In this document: positions 37,001 to 51,104 of the stretch, piece after piece | Numbering within the stretch: position 1 is the stretch's first letter | Layout: the number at the start of each line of letters is the position of its first letter | The notes under the pieces: generated by a model | Seen by the model: only the letters and a program-made list of their open reading frames with translations | Database searches by the model: none | Told to the model about the DNA's origin: nothing | Origin: Convolutriloba macropyga | Lineage: Eukaryota | DNA length: 64,000 bases | Assembly (NCBI RefSeq): GCF_964194025.1 | Contig: NC_134472.1 | Coordinates: forward strand, 69,316,001 to 69,380,000 | Reading direction: 5' to 3' | Program-made: the position numbers and the translations under genes

Positions 37001-40000
37001 TCAAAATCAACAACCTAGCCAGCAGATTTCCGAAAAATAGCCGCGGTCGACGCGCTAGACTCAATTGGGGGTTGAAACAGAAAAAGAAAATGGAAATTGA
37101 CAGAATTTTTCCCCCAAGTTTCAAAAGTGTTCTAATTCGCTGCGCAAATTCAGTTAGATTCCTAAAAAAAACTTAATTCATCTTTATTAAATCCAAACAT
37201 TAGTTTAATCCGAATACTAGTAATTCAAGACGGAACCAACAACGTGCTCAAGCACAATAGTAAATCTGCCAATGAAAATTTCCTTGAACACAAAAAACTA
37301 ATTGATTAATGCATTGAAAAATTCAATCCAGATGTTTGCGAAATACCACCATTGAAAATCGTTGAGCAGTATAGGGAGAAAAATGAAAAAAAATGATGAA
37401 ATCAATAATCTTAATGCATCGTACTATTCCGATAAACCATCCTTCAAGACATCCTTTCTTAATGCTAATATTAAAAATGTAAATAATGCAGTAAACAAGA
37501 ATAACGGTAGTGATTCCATTGGATATAATTTCTTATAATTTAATAATGTGCATTTAAACTACCAGCATGGTGTGCCTCTTCTCAAAAACTGGCTACTTTC
37601 TCATCTTCTTCTGACAAGGTAGCATATGTCCCAAAGGACTCTACCAAAACAAAAGCCTAATTAAAAATAATTCCTCCATACTCTTACAGCTCTAATTATC
37701 GAAATAAACCATACAACTACCCCCAAACAGACAGAAAATTTCTTGACTTCTAATAACAATTATCAGCCTGTGAATCAAAGATACTCCGCGCTAAACTATA
37801 AAGGTGCGCTAAACTGTTGTTGCAATTGTTTAAAATAAACGACATTGAACATCTTCTTTTCGTCAACCCAACAATCAAAATATTTTTATTTAGTTTTGCT
37901 AGTGTTGGCCTCAAGATTTCCCGCGTCAACAGTGGTAATAATATTACATAGCAAAACAATAACTTTCGACGAAGGCTTTGGAAAAGCTTTTAAGTACCCT
38001 CCACAAACAGGGCTTTTATTTGTAGGTTGTGAATTTCTTATTACTAAATTTCATTTTCTGGTTAGCTGAATACAATGAGTCTATCAAAATGACTCTGAGA
38101 GTCGGAATTAAAAATTTATCATCTAAATGAACAAAGCATTCTTAGCAAGAAAGAACAACTACGCACGCTAGTGCACGATCTTGGTCATAACTGCATTTTT
38201 TGTTTCACAGAAACATGGCTTTGTGAGTTTGATGATTAAAACATTTTCAATCCTGACAAATAAAGTTACTGTTGTTTCAGAACTGACCGTATTTCGACGG
38301 CCGGAACGAAAACGAATAAAGGTGGTGGAGTTATGAATCTATTTACAGGGAAATTTGAGAGTGTATGGGTCTCATTGAAAACACCAACCTGTCCATTACT
38401 AGTGAATGTTACCTAATAACAAATTGCAATTAACATTGACAATGCAATTACGAAAAACAAAAAGATAATACTCCTGGGTGACTACAACATTAATTATTTA
38501 GATGCCTTGGAAAGATCTAGGCTTGAAACAGTAATACTTCCTTATGATTTGCCTATAGAGAACCCAACCATTCCAACTTATTTAAACCGGGGCAACAATA
38601 CTAAAAGCCTTATTGATTACATTATCACTGACTGTTCAAATATAAACGACACTATAATTTGTGATAGCATAGTAACAAGTGACCACTTTGCTACTCTAAG
38701 TCTGTTAGGGCTTCAGGTTAAAACTAAAAAGGTACCAGTCTAGAAAAAATTTTTTCGATAAAAAGAAGAATCATGCACTTGATTTTAAACACTGCCTAGA
38801 ACAACAAATGTTCAGAACAACTTGGATTCAATGCTACAAGTTGAAAACTTTACAATAGCACTTTTGAAAAACGCCCCACTTAAAAAAGTTTTATCCGAAA
38901 TGACAAAAGTTTTTTTTAAATTAACAGACAAATGGTTAACTAGAAAATCAAGCCAATTGATGGTCGATCGAGATAGGTTTTAGAATGATAAAGACTATGA
39001 AAGGTTCTTTGATCTAAAGAACCAGTTTAGTAATTCTAGTGACAACGATTTCAACAATTTCAAAGAAATCTTATTGAAGCAGCAGAAAATGAGAGAAAAA
39101 AATGGATGTTGATAAATGAAGTAGGAAACTCAGAGAAAACCAAGAATCTATTGTTTGAGAACTGTGTTTGGTGATTATGTAACCCAAAAAAGAATTGCTA
39201 ACCTGTTGAACTATCGTTTCTCTACACTTGGGAAATCCTAAGGCCCCCAGCAGCCACTACAGATTTCTGGGATACGCAATCCTAAAAAAAACTTTCAGCT
39301 TTCACTATGCAACGGAAAAAGACTGTCATGATGCAATTACGGCACTTGGGAGAAAGAAACGAATCGGACCATCAAACATTCCTGCATGGGCTATTAAAGA
39401 CTCAGGCAAGCTCTGTCATTGTTCCTCATTTAAACTTTCTTGTGAACTAATGCATCAAATTATCTAGCTTCCCTAATGAGCTTAAACAAGCATATGTTGT
39501 TCCACTGTACAAGAAAGTTGACCCTGATGAACCTAAAAAATATCGCCCAATTCCCATTACACATGCCTTTCTAAGATTATTGAAACCATCCTAAGGGATC
39601 AAATTTGTCAGTACCTTTACGACAACAAATTATTAAGTAAAAATCAGTATGGTTTTAGGAAAAAGTTTTCAACTATCAATTTCCTCTTATTTTGCAAAGA
39701 ATTCATCAAAAACAAAACTGACAATAACAATTTTGTCACAGCAGCATTTCGTGAACTATCGAAAATATTTGTTTCTATCAATTACATTTTGGATATCAAG
39801 TTAGGCAACATAGGTTTTGATGAGAGCTCAAAAAATCTCTTAAGGAGTTTCGTTACAAACCGCCGCCAATCCGTTATATTACAAGATTGCATATCAGATG
39901 AACTAAAGCTTCATAGAAGTGTACCACTAGGAACAGTAATTGGCCCGCTCTTATTTAATCTGTACATTAATGACATGGCAACAAGAGTTGACAATGAAGA

Positions 40001-43000
40001 TGAACGTATACAATATGCTGACGATACCATTATTTTAACATTTGATACCTCCATTGACAAAAGCAAGATCAAGTTAGAGCAAAATGCAAACAAACTTATT
40101 CGATACTTCCATGAACATCACCTCACAGTTAATACCCCTAAAACTGAATTCATGATATTTGGTAGGAGCAAAGAAAAGATTTCAATGAACAGATAATTAT
40201 AGATTCAATTCCAATAGACCAGAAACATGAATTAAAATATTTAGGGGTTCACATTGACAGGAATTTAACGTTTCAAGAGGAAGTGAAACATATCCTACGA
40301 AAAATGGCCCAAGGAATAAAAACAATTTATGCTATTAGAAAATCAATTCCACAAAAACTATTGATACTTGTCTTAAATGCTCTGGTATTAAGTCACTTGC
40401 GCTATTCAGCAATTATCATTCGCGCAATTGAGCAAAATTTAATAGTATCCCTTGAAAAATAGAGCTTAACTGGTCATTACGAGCAGCCTTTTTGAGACAA
40501 AAATCTGAATCTGATCAAGATATTAAATGCAGTCGGAATATACTCCCGCAAACTCTTTTTAAAAACAAAAAGATTACAATACTCTTGGAAAATAAAAAAG
40601 AGTTGCGACCTGCTTCTTCACCAACATCGGGACGTCCCATAATCACCGGGAATATTAATGAGTCTATAAGGACTAAAAAAATGTTCTGGGACTATAAATT
40701 TTCCTCCACCAAAATGCAAAACTCGTTTGTTAGGTTAGCGATACTAGATTGGAATGAACTACCAATTGAAATTGAAATCAAACAAGACAAAAAAGTTTCC
40801 CCAAGCGACTTAGAACTTTCTTTTGCTCAGCTTACAAAATGAACCCCTTTTTTGTGGAAGGTTACTTGTTCAACATGGCATGACTTTCAATTTGGAAAAA
40901 TAAAAAAGACCTACTGTTTACTGGTTGGGTTGACATTATAAACTTATTTAATTTTTTATTTTGAGATATGCGACATAATTTGAAATAACTTAAGTTTTCT
41001 GTTGTAATATGTATATAACAAATCAATTTAAATAATTGAACTGCCGGACTAACATCAATTGTATACTCGTTGATATGGCTCGGAATTCAGTGTTTTTTTT
41101 AAACTGACAGCTATTAAAGCTTAATACTGATATCAGTTAGCAATCGCTCCAATGAAATTTGATAACCTAATGCACTATGGCTTAATGACCGGGCTTTATC
41201 GGTTTATTCGGCTTCTTTTGATTTTGACTTCGACTTCGACCGTATTCACTAGATAGCGTAATTCAATTGCGTGAAAAATTTTAAAATCCATTCGGTTGAA
41301 GCAGTGAGTGAGTTAATTCAGAAGTCAAGAATGAAAAACGTGACTTATGCAAAACGAAAAACGAGATCAAAAGATAAAAGGAACTTAAAAAAACAGCCGG
41401 AAGTAACCCAGAAATGACCCGAAGATGTCGTCGCCAAAAAACAGCCTGTCGAACAACTAGTGGCTGATGGCAGTGAGCATCAAACAAGAGAAAACACTTT
41501 TAAATTTAAAAAAATCAACTAAAATGCAAACTAAACCAAAATGAAAAAATCAATTACTTTTCAATTTTTACAAGTACAAACACAAAAGGAAAACATTATT
41601 TCAGGCAATCGAGTCAACTTAATTGCTCACTCAAATTCCAACAAGCCAAAATAAGCACAAAAACATCTCTAATTTTGAAATAAAGCGAAAAACTAAGAAA
41701 TTAAGCGAAATATTAACTTTTTCTGTCAAAAGGCAAAGAAAAAATGCTTTGTACCAATAAGCTGTATTTAATTTGTAATCGAGACTGCCCCGCGTCATGT
41801 AACATTTAGTTACAAGTAAAAGCAATAAAAGACAAAACCGACTCACGTCGGGCGATTTGCTCTCAAGCGACCGTCGAACGGTTGGCATTGTCAGTACCTT
41901 GCCATGGTTTAGTAAGGCTAGCTTCAGCTTGATTAGACTCTGCAACTTTCATTTTTCTAACCTTGTTAGTAAATAAATCAAATAAAAATTGATATTTTAA
42001 AAATTTGCAAAAAATTACAAATTTAAAAGAAAAGCTTCCAGGTTTCGCAGCGAAGATGTTCAAAATTATATTTTTGTCACTGAAGTTATGTCAAGTAAGC
42101 TACCTGCAAGACTTGAAAAGCTTCGTTCGCCAGAAAAGATCGTTAGCCTCCGAAAAGGACAAAAATATGCAAAAATTTTAAACAATTGCAAATTTTAACA
42201 AAATCTTGCTAATATTCAAGATAATGAAATCTTCAAAACCATTTCATTGTCTCAAGAGAATATCCAGCATCCCCATTTCAAGCTCTAAACAGTTTCACTG
42301 GCTCGAAGATCTATAGGCTTGGAACATGATAATAAACTTCCGAAAAATTGAAAGAAAAAAAAACTTTATCAAAAAACTGCTAAGGCTTTAGTCATTATTG
42401 CTGGAGGAGGTCCCTAATGCCCTGGTGCCGGAAAAAAAGGTTTAAAAAATTCAAAAACTTAAAAAAATTGCAAATAATTTAAAATTGCTATTAAAATCTT
42501 GAAAAACTTTCAATTACATCTAGAAGCTATGCAGTAGCCTATAATTAAACCCTAGAGGAGGTTATGTGGCTCCTGAGGCTGGACCAAGCCCATGAAATGA
42601 CAAAAAAATTCATTAACTTGAAAATAAATAATTCAAAAAGACAAAAACTTGAAAAAATTGCAAATGTTTTTAATAATTGCTGAAATTAAAATCAAGAAAA
42701 ACTTTCCATCACATCTAGAAGTATGCAGTAAGCTATAATAAAACCCCAGAGGAGGTTATGTGGCTCTTGAGTCTGGAGAAACCTAAGAAATTATAAAAAA
42801 TTTCCCAAAACTTGAAAATTTCAAGTTGCATAAAAAACTGCTAAAGTTGTAATAATGAAAGTTGAAAACTAATCCATGGCCACAAAACATTTTCCAGTAA
42901 CCTATAATCAAACCCTAACAGAGCCCTAACAGATTTTTTGTTAGGCTGAAAAACCTGAATAATGACAATGTAAAAAAATAACAAAAATTGCAAGTTTTGT

Positions 43001-46000
43001 AAAAAGAAATGCTAAAAATCGTGGTGTTGAAATCCTGAAAAACATTCCATTACATTTAGAAACTATACAGTAACCTATTGTCAAACCCTAGAGGAAGTTT
43101 CTTGGCTCTCGAGAAACTTGAAAAAATGCAAGTTTAAAAAATTGCTTAAAATTGTCATATTAAAAAAAATGAAAGCTATTTCATGGCAAATAATTTTTTT
43201 TACTCATCAAATCGTTAAGAACGTTTTCTGACCCCTGCGTCTGGAAAGACGTAAACAATAAAAAACAAATGTCAAAAAAATGAAAAATTTGCACGTTTTG
43301 TCAAAAAAATGCTAAAATTAGTGTTGTTAAAATGTTGAAACCATTCCACTAACACTAGAAAATATGCAGTAACCTATTTTAAAACCATAGAGGAGGTTCC
43401 TTGCCACCTAGGGCTGAAAGAACTAAAAAATAACATAAATTTTCAAAAAGCTTGATAAAAATTGGGAACGTCTCCAAAACAGTTTGAGCCAAAACAGTTT
43501 GAGCTAAAACAGAGCTGAAAGGCTCTAAGAGGACTTAATGCCCGCTGGGCGCTACCTGTTTATCCCGTTTTGGAGGACAAAAAGTCAAATACGTCAGACG
43601 AACATATGTCAAGCAAAAAATCGCATAAGACCGACAGGACTAATATAATTGCTACAAACTTCGTTTGAGAGCAATTAAAGACAAAAATTAGCCGAAAAAC
43701 GCAAAAAATGCTAACCTGTTGAACTATCGTTTCTCTACACTTGGGAAATTCGAAGGTCCTCAGCAACCACTACAGATTTCTGGGATATGCAATCCTAAAC
43801 AAAAATTTTTTTAGCTTTCACTGTGCAACGGAAAAAGACTGTCATGATGCAATTAGGGCACTTGGGAGAAACAAACGAATCGGACCATCAAACATTCCTG
43901 CATGGGCTATTAAAGACTCAAGCAAGCTCTGTCATTGTTCCTCATTTAAACTTTCTTGTGAATTAAGAGTTGCGACCTGCTTCTTCACCAACATCGGGAC
44001 GTCCCATAATCACCGGGAATATTAATGAGTCTATAAGGACTAAAAAAATGTTCTGGGACTATAAATTTCCTCCACCAAAATGCAAAACTCGTTTGTTAGG
44101 TTAGCGATACTAGATTGGAATGAACTACCAATTGAAATTAAAATCAAACAAGACAAAAAAGTTTCCCCAAGCGACTTAGAACTTTCTTTTGCTCAGCTTA
44201 CAAAATGAACCCCTTTTTTGTGGAAGGTTACTTGTTCAACATGGCATGACTTTCAATTTGAAAAAATAAAAAAGACCTACTGTTTACTGGTTGGGTTGAC
44301 ATTATAAACTTAATTAATTTTTTATTTTGAGATATGCGACATAATTTGAAATAACTTAAGTTTTCTGTTGTAATATGTATATAACAAATCAATTTAAATA
44401 ATTGAACTGCCGGACTAACATCAATTGTATACTCGTTGATATGGCTCGGAATTCAGTGTTTTTTTTTAAACTGACAGCTATTAAAGCTTAATACTGATAT
44501 CAGTTAGCAATCGCTCCAATGAAATTTGATAACCTAATGCACTATGGCCTAATGACCGGGCTTTATCGGTTTATTCGGCTTCTTTTGATTTTGAGTTCGA
44601 CTTTGACCGTATTCACTAGATAGCGTAATTCAATTGCGTGAAAAATTTTAAAATCCATTCGGTTGAAGCAGTGAGTGAGTTAATTCAGAAGTCAAGAATG
44701 AAAAACGTGACTTATGCAAAACGAAAAACGAGATCAAAAGGTAAAAGGAACTTAAAAAAACAGCCGGAAGTAACCCAGAAACGACCCGAAGATGTCGTCG
44801 CCAAAAAACAGCCTGTCGAACAACTAGTGGCTGATGGCAGTGAGCATCAAACAAGAGAAAACACCTTTAAATTTAAAAAAATCAACTAAAATGCAAATTA
44901 AACCAAAATGAAAAATTCAATTACTTTTCAATTTTTACAAGTGCAAACACAAAAGGAAAACATTATTTAAGGCAATCGAGTCAACTTAATTGCTCACTCA
45001 AATTCCAACAAGCCAAAATAAGCACAAAAACATCTCTAATTTTGAAATAAAGCGAAAAACTAAGAAACTAAGCAAAATATTAACTTTTTGGTCAAAATGC
45101 AATGAAAAATTGCTTCGTACCAACAAAGCTGTATTTAAATTGTAATCGAGACTGCCCCGCGCTCTAAGCTTACATTTAGTTACAAGTGAAAGCAATAAAA
45201 GACAAAAACGACTCACGTCGGGCGAATTGCTCTCAAACGACCGGCGAGCGGTTGGCTTCGTCAGTACCTAGCCACGGCTTGTTTAAGCTAGCTTCAGCTT
45301 GATTCGACTCTGCAACTTTCATTTTTCTAACCTTGTTAGTAAATAAATCAAATAAAAAACTGATATTTTGAAAATTTGCAAAATATTACAAATTTAAAAG
45401 AAAAGCTTCCAGATTTTGCAGCCAAGATGTTCAAAATCATATTTTTTCACTGAAGTTATGTCAAGTAAGCTATCTGCAAGACTTGAAAAGCTTCGTTCGC
45501 CAGAAATGATCGTTAGCCTCCAAAAAGGACAAAAATACGCAAAAATACGCAACAACTGCAAATTTTAACAAAATCTTGTAATATTCAAGATAATGAAATC
45601 ATCTAAACCAATTCATTGTCTCAAGAGACTATCCAGCATCCCCATTTCAAGCTTTAAACAGTTTCACTGGCTCGAAGATCTATAGGCTTGGAACATAATA
45701 AATTTCCGAAAATTTGAAATAAAAAAATAAACTTTATCAAAAAAACTGCTATGGCTTGAGTCATTAAAATATCGATATATATTCCATTAACTCGGAAAAC
45801 TATGCGATAGCGTATCATCAAACCTTGGAGGAGGTCCCTCATGCCCTGGTGCCGGAAAAAAAATTCAAAAAAACTTGGAAAAATTGCAAATAATTTAAAA
45901 CTGCTATTAAAATCTTGAAAAACTTTCCATTACATCTAGAAGCTATGCAGTGGCCTATAATTAAACCCTAGAGGAGTTTATGTGGCTCCTGAGGCTGAAC

Positions 46001-49000
46001 AAAAACCATGAAATGACAAAAAAATCCAAAAACTTGAAAATAAAAAAATCAAAAGACAAAAACTTGAAAAAATTGCAAATATTTTTACTAATTGCTGAAA
46101 TTAAAATCAAGGAAAACTTTCCATCACATCTAGAAGCTATGCAGTAAGCTATAATAAAACCCCAGAGGAGGTTATGTGGCTCTTGAGGCTGGAGAAACAT
46201 AAGAAATTATAAAACATTTCCCAAAATTTGAAAATTTCAAGTTTTATAAAAAACTGCTAAAATTTGTAATAATGTAAGTTGAAAACTAATCCATGGCCAC
46301 AAAACATTTTCAAGTACCCTATAATCAAACCCTAACAGAGATTTTTTGTTAGGCTGAAAAACCTGAATAATGACAATGTCAAAAAAACAAAAATTGCAAG
46401 TTTTGTAAAAAAAAAATGCTAAAAATCGTGGTGTTGAAATCTTGAAAAACATTCCATCACATTTAGAGACTATACAGTAACCTATGGTCAAACCCTAGAG
46501 AAGGTTTCTTGGCTCTTGAGAAACTTGAAAAAAATGCAAGTTTTATGAAATAAATTGCTAAAATTGTCATATTAAAAAAATGAAAGATATTTCATGGCAA
46601 ATAATTTTTTTACTAACTTATTATCATATCGTTAAGAACGTTTTCTGGCCCCTGCGTCTGGAAAGACGTGAATAATGAAAAATAAATGTCAAAAAATTTA
46701 AGAAATTTGCACTTTTTGTCAAAAAATGCGAAAATTAGTGATGTTAAAATGTTGAAACCATTCGACTACCACAAGAAAATATGCAGTAACCTATTTTAAA
46801 ACCATAGAGGAGGTTCCTTGCCACGTAGGGCTGAAAGAACTCAAAAATGACAAAAATTTTCAAAAAGCTTGAAAACAACTGAACGTCTCCAAAACAGTTA
46901 GCTAAAACAGAGCTGAAAGGCTCTAAGAGCACTTAATGGCCGCTGGGCGCTACCTGTTTATCCCGTTTTGGAGGACGAAAAGTCAAAAGCCTCAGACGAA
47001 AATAAGTCAAGCAAAAAATCGCATAAGACCGACAGGACTAATATAATTGCTAAAAACTTCGTTTGAGAGCAAAAGACAAAAATTAGCCAAAAAACGCAAA
47101 AATAGCCTTAAAACCGGAAAAGTAGTTGAAAAATCTTTAAATTAGCGTAAAAATCCCTTTAATTAATAAAAACATTCGAAACGCTATCAAAAACAATCTA
47201 AAAATATTTAACTTTAGCCTATAATAACCTTTTAGACAACATAGAAGTTTCAAAAAACAAAAACATAGCTGGCAGATTGCCCGAAAATAGCCGCAATAGC
47301 TTCGTAGATCTGCAGTCTCAAAAAAACAGTAAAATAGACAGACTAACATTTTTCGTTTTTTCATTGAAGGCTGATATATTATAAATTGATTAAAAATCTG
47401 TATAAGTTTTGCTGCCTATATTAGCTGCTCTCAAATAACCTTCATTTAGAGTAACACACACCCATTTGACCTTATCTCTTTGAATTAAAGTAGATAAAAG
47501 TCAATTTCAAAGTGAGGAAGTCATTTTTGAGAGTGAGGTAAGTCAAGTGTGACCCAAAATTTAATCACGCGAATGAACAAAAAAATTCGCTCCACTAAGA
47601 GCGAAAAATGACGTCACACATGCACTTCAGTTGAAATTGCATGAACGAATGAACAAAAAGCAGATTTGAAGTGGTTGTGACGTCATATGGTCGTAACAAA
47701 AATCGCGACAAAAAAAATCAAGAGAAGGCCAATAATAGCCCCAGCTATCGCTGTGCGGCTATTAATAAAACATCTTGAAAAAGACGCACGTGAACAACAA
47801 AATTGCTCACCTAGCGAAAAAATTTTCACACCTACATTTCTCGCTCTATTTCAAAAAGGCATGAACAAAAAACACTCACTTTTCTCCCATCTTCGAATTT
47901 TTTCACTGAAACAACTTTTTCAAACTTTATTCACTCACTGAACTTCCGGTTTTCTTGCTCGCTCACTTATCAAAAAAAAACAGAAAACCTCTTCGAGTCT
48001 TAAAAAGAAGAGCGCCTAAATAAATAAAATCCGCTGAGAGGCTGACTGCTGCTATTAATAACTGACTAACGTCGAAAGAATTGGTCTCGCACGGGAGCTC
48101 GATGTTCTAATAGAGCAACTACAGGAACAAATTGTGGCGCACTGTTCATGAAAGTTAGGATTAAACTACCACCAGGTGAATTCAGTTGCCTACAACTATG
48201 AATGAGAGAACAATTCAGGTCCTTCAAAAAACCAACCATGATCAAAATCATTTGAAGTGAAAACGTTAGAGCACAAATTCCCTATCCCTTAAAATGAGCT
48301 TAGAGCAAGAATTACTGGCCAAAATGGCTGTTTTGCGCTAACCGAAACGTCAACACATGACAGGAGAATAGCACCAAATCTGAGGGACTATGTTAAGCCC
48401 TTTACAAAAAAGGGACTAAAATCAACGTTTCGAGACAACAATGAAAGCAGAACCTCTTGCAAATGTAACCTCTAGTAAAACATAACCGACTGAAGTCAGT
48501 GGAATTGCTCTCAAAGGACGGGCGGGTAGTTGTTTTTGGTAGTAGCTAGGTCGGACTTACTGAGGCCGCCGTAAATTCATATAAGACGGGTTGGAGTGGG
48601 GAGGATTTGGGGGTCGAGCGTACTGCCCTTTACACGAAGATTTTATGTCTTCTCAGAAACCTCGTTGAATTGTAGAATTGAACACTTAAGGAGAATAGCA
48701 GAGCTGCTCAACGACTAAATACCCTCCGGGAATTACTAGTTTATCCCGTTTTTGCGGACGAAAGCGTCAATTGAAAAATCTATCAAGCAAAAAAAAATAG
48801 ATAAAAGACCACCGGACTGATATAATTGCTACAAAATTTGTTTTATAGCAATTAGTGTGTGCGAAATTTTCGAGATATAAAACAGAGAAATGCGTCAAAA
48901 GGCATAATTTTCTTCGCAATTCAGATTTCAGTATTTAAAATACGTATAGAATTTTATCTCATTTACGTAGTAAGCTCACAAAAAGGGCAAAATTTAGTTC

Positions 49001-50979
49001 ATTTTAATCATGAAAAAACATATGACGATGACGGTTTTAAATGACAGTTGAAAAAATATGACGGTTTTATGCGTGATACTTTTTGGCATTTGAATATATC
49101 AGTACAAAATGGCGACCAGTATTGAAGTCATGAAACAGAAAACCGAAAAATGACCATCAAAAACTGCCGTCTAAAAAACAACTTGTTCGTTTTATCGCTC
49201 TCGTGTAATATTATTACGTAATCGCTGCTTATCGTGAAATTGAGCAAACAATTTCCGGTCAACAAATTCAGTTCATTTTTAATGTTAAATTCAACACAGA
49301 TGTAACAATGCTAAATCACACTTACGACCACTTGCGTCCTGTCCCTCGCCTTCAGGCTGAGCAGTGGGTTCTTCGTCAGCAATGCCCAATCTCTTCTTCT
49401 CATCTGTTCTCTGTTGATGAATAACTCTGGCACCCACAGTGCCCGGTGTCACAGGTGGTGGCAGTCCAAGGGTCTCGTGCGCTTGGAAGTCGACCGTTTC
49501 CACAATAACAAAGTCATGCCAGTCTATTTGAGCATATGCTACTCGTTCACGTTCTTGTTCATCGGCCTCCTGTAATAATAGATCACACCTGAATAACATC
49601 AGACCATTGTTTCAGATTTGTTCACTTGAGTTGTTCCTAAATTCCTTAGTTAAATAATTGAGCAAGAATTAAAATCACACATCTGAAGATTTTAAAAAAG
49701 TTAAATCTTTGAAAGAAAAGAATAATTAGAGGACTTATAAATATATGTTCCATTGTGCCCGAGCAGGTCGAGGTTGCACTGGAGTATTCATTTGCCAATT
49801 ACTAATGTACCTTTTGTTTCTGTTTCTCAATATGTTTCTTCCAATCCGCTCGTCTCTTCGCCTCTTGTACCATTGGGTCTATGCTGAGAGACTGCATTTC
49901 CAAAGTATCCACTAGGTCCTTGGGAGGTATTAGCACTTTTGTGTACTGTTCAACAAGTTTCGTGAAATATTGGAACATACCATGCTGAGGTCTTAAGAAG
50001 TCAAATTGCGGGTTTCTCTGTTCCCTGTTCATCAACTGAGTCAAAAAGTGTCGACCATTTCTGGCAACAAACTGAGCTGTCAGCTTGACAATGTCCAACT
50101 CCTGTCCTGAAATTGAGGGTGGATCAGCAATGAATTCGAAATCTGGCGGTGCTTCCTTGGGTACTGCCATCTCAGCCACAACCTAACCAAAATCCATTTT
50201 GAACGAATTACAAAAGCCTCTTATTAAAAACGAGAAGGATCGATACTCTGAGTTTTGACGTGATGTACCAACACCTCATCAGGCAAACAATTCATGAAAA
50301 TTGAAATTTATAAATATATAAAATGTAATATTGTAAATACACTATAAATAAGCCTTCTGAAGACTATAGGAAAAACGACTGTTTAATTCCTAATTACACC
50401 CCCCTCCGCTTGAGGAAAGCATAATATCTGTAACTGCTTACACAAATCTTTGTTTACAAATAATGATTTGATAAATATTGTCCTTAATTTAACTCAACAG
50501 TCTAGTCAACAAACCACGAAGATACTCAAGTTTCTGATCTCAAACTATACCTGCTGCTTGATTTTCTCCTGCTGAGCCAACACATTACTTGAAGGCATAG
50601 GTTTCGCAGGAGCGATATCTTGCACTTTTCCTTCTCGGAATTCCTTAATCTTATGCTGATAATACGCATGATATGGATCCGTAGCGTTGAAGAAATTAAA
50701 TTTGGAGTTTGACACTTCATTCTGTCGCACTTTATCCTCAAAATCAGGTCCATTTCTAGCAACGAACATCGCTGTTTTATCAATAATATTGCGATGCTCA
50801 GGCGGTGGATAGATGATTCCAACAATGGGTTTTGTAATATTTGATTCATTTTGATTTTCGGGAGGTCGATTATCGTTTGAATGAGGCGGTGGTCTGTTTT
50901 GTCCATTCTGCATCTGGTTGCTGGGTAGTTGTTGACTCACATTTAGCCCTTCGCGCGACGTGGCAGGATCAAGAGTCAT
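33529..50979 (-). CDS. SF3A1: Splicing factor 3A subunit 1 (PRP21/SAP114), 7 coding exons, about 867 aa
   Basis: SURP1 (GIIYPPPEHRNIIDKTAMFVARNG), SURP2 (LDIVKLTAQFVARNG), YAQIDWHDFVIVETV, LAERRTDIFG, WDGHTGS, and C-terminal ubiquitin-like domain ending LKERGGRKK. All introns are GT-AG with consistent phases; exons sum to 2604 nt. Confidence 0.96.
34167..34618 (+). mobile_element. HINE-like family 2 copy with expanded G/(GGGGA)n tract, in SF3A1 intron 6
   Basis: Family termini present; G-rich tract 34247-34310 is absent from the 32706 copy. Confidence 0.6.
34705..34870. mobile_element. Short MITE
   Basis: TIRs ACAGG(G)ATCTATTCTGT..C-run and G-run..ACAGAATAGATCCTGT. Confidence 0.7.
34905..35203 (-). 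CDS. SF3A1: SF3A1 coding exon 6 (Pro/Ala-rich)
   Basis: Phase-1 acceptor TTTAG|CA, donor CAG|GTTAGT. Confidence 0.82.
35584..36187 (-). CDS. SF3A1: SF3A1 coding exon 5
   Basis: TTTGCAG|AAT acceptor, T|GTAAGT donor; encodes IRKDYDPK..LAERRTDIFG. Confidence 0.92.
36649..36818 (-). CDS. SF3A1: SF3A1 coding exon 4 (acidic)
   Basis: Phase-1 acceptor TTTTAG|AG; encodes DMDLEDMEESDEEE; donor CAG|GTTAAC. Confidence 0.8.
38070..41120 (+). mobile_element. CR1/L2-type non-LTR retrotransposon ORF2 (APE-RT), decayed, antisense in SF3A1 intron 3; 5' part may extend to ~36960
   Basis: Endonuclease motifs FTETWL, GGGV, LGDYN, LIDYI, SDH; RT motifs YRPI, QYGFR, VPLGTVIGPLLFNLYIND, YADD, KYLG. Many stops. 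Confidence 0.9.
41831..43677 (+). mobile_element. Long HINE-like family 2 copy with internal diverged ~170-bp tandem subrepeats
   Basis: CCGACtcacGTCGG plus TTGCTCTC at the 5' end; AATTGCTACAAACTTCGTTTGAGAGCAATT at the 3' end; repeated ATGCAGTAACCTAT..AAACCCTAGAGGAGG units. Confidence 0.65.
43705..47100. repeat. Tandem duplication: copy of 39195-39445 fused to a copy of 40600-43705
   Basis: ORF pairs 41281/44648 and 41631/44998 (offset 3367); 43741 duplicates 39228. Confidence 0.93.
47260..47765 (+). mobile_element. HINE-like family 3 copy
   Basis: Similar to 31257-31760 with the same termini. Confidence 0.6.
48477..48854 (+). mobile_element. HINE-like family 2 copy, diverged
   Basis: AAAACATAACCGACT..GAATTGCTCTC at the 5' end; AATTGCTACAAAATTTGTTTTATAGCAATT at the 3' end. 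Confidence 0.55.
49326..49569 (-). CDS. SF3A1: SF3A1 coding exon 3
   Basis: TTACAG|GAG acceptor, C|GTAAGT donor (phase 1). Confidence 0.92.
49811..50182 (-). CDS. SF3A1: SF3A1 coding exon 2
   Basis: TTAG|GTT acceptor, AAG|GTAC donor, encodes SURP2. Confidence 0.92.
50551..50979 (-). CDS. SF3A1: SF3A1 coding exon 1
   Basis: ATG at 50979; donor CAG|GTATAG; an acceptor-like TTTCAG lies ~15 nt upstream of the ATG. Confidence 0.9.
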
Positions 50980-51104
50980 TATAACTTACTCTCTGAAATG
51001 ATGAGCATTATATGGAGTTTTTCATTATATCTCAATACCAATTAACATAGAAGCGTTTAGTTTATGAGGTAGCTTTTACCGCTAAGTTTAAAACCTACAA
51101 TTAA

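Noticed and set aside
42400-43420. Regularly spaced ~170-bp motifs
   Set aside because: These are diverged internal tandem subrepeats of a HINE-like element; the intervening sequences are homologous to each other.
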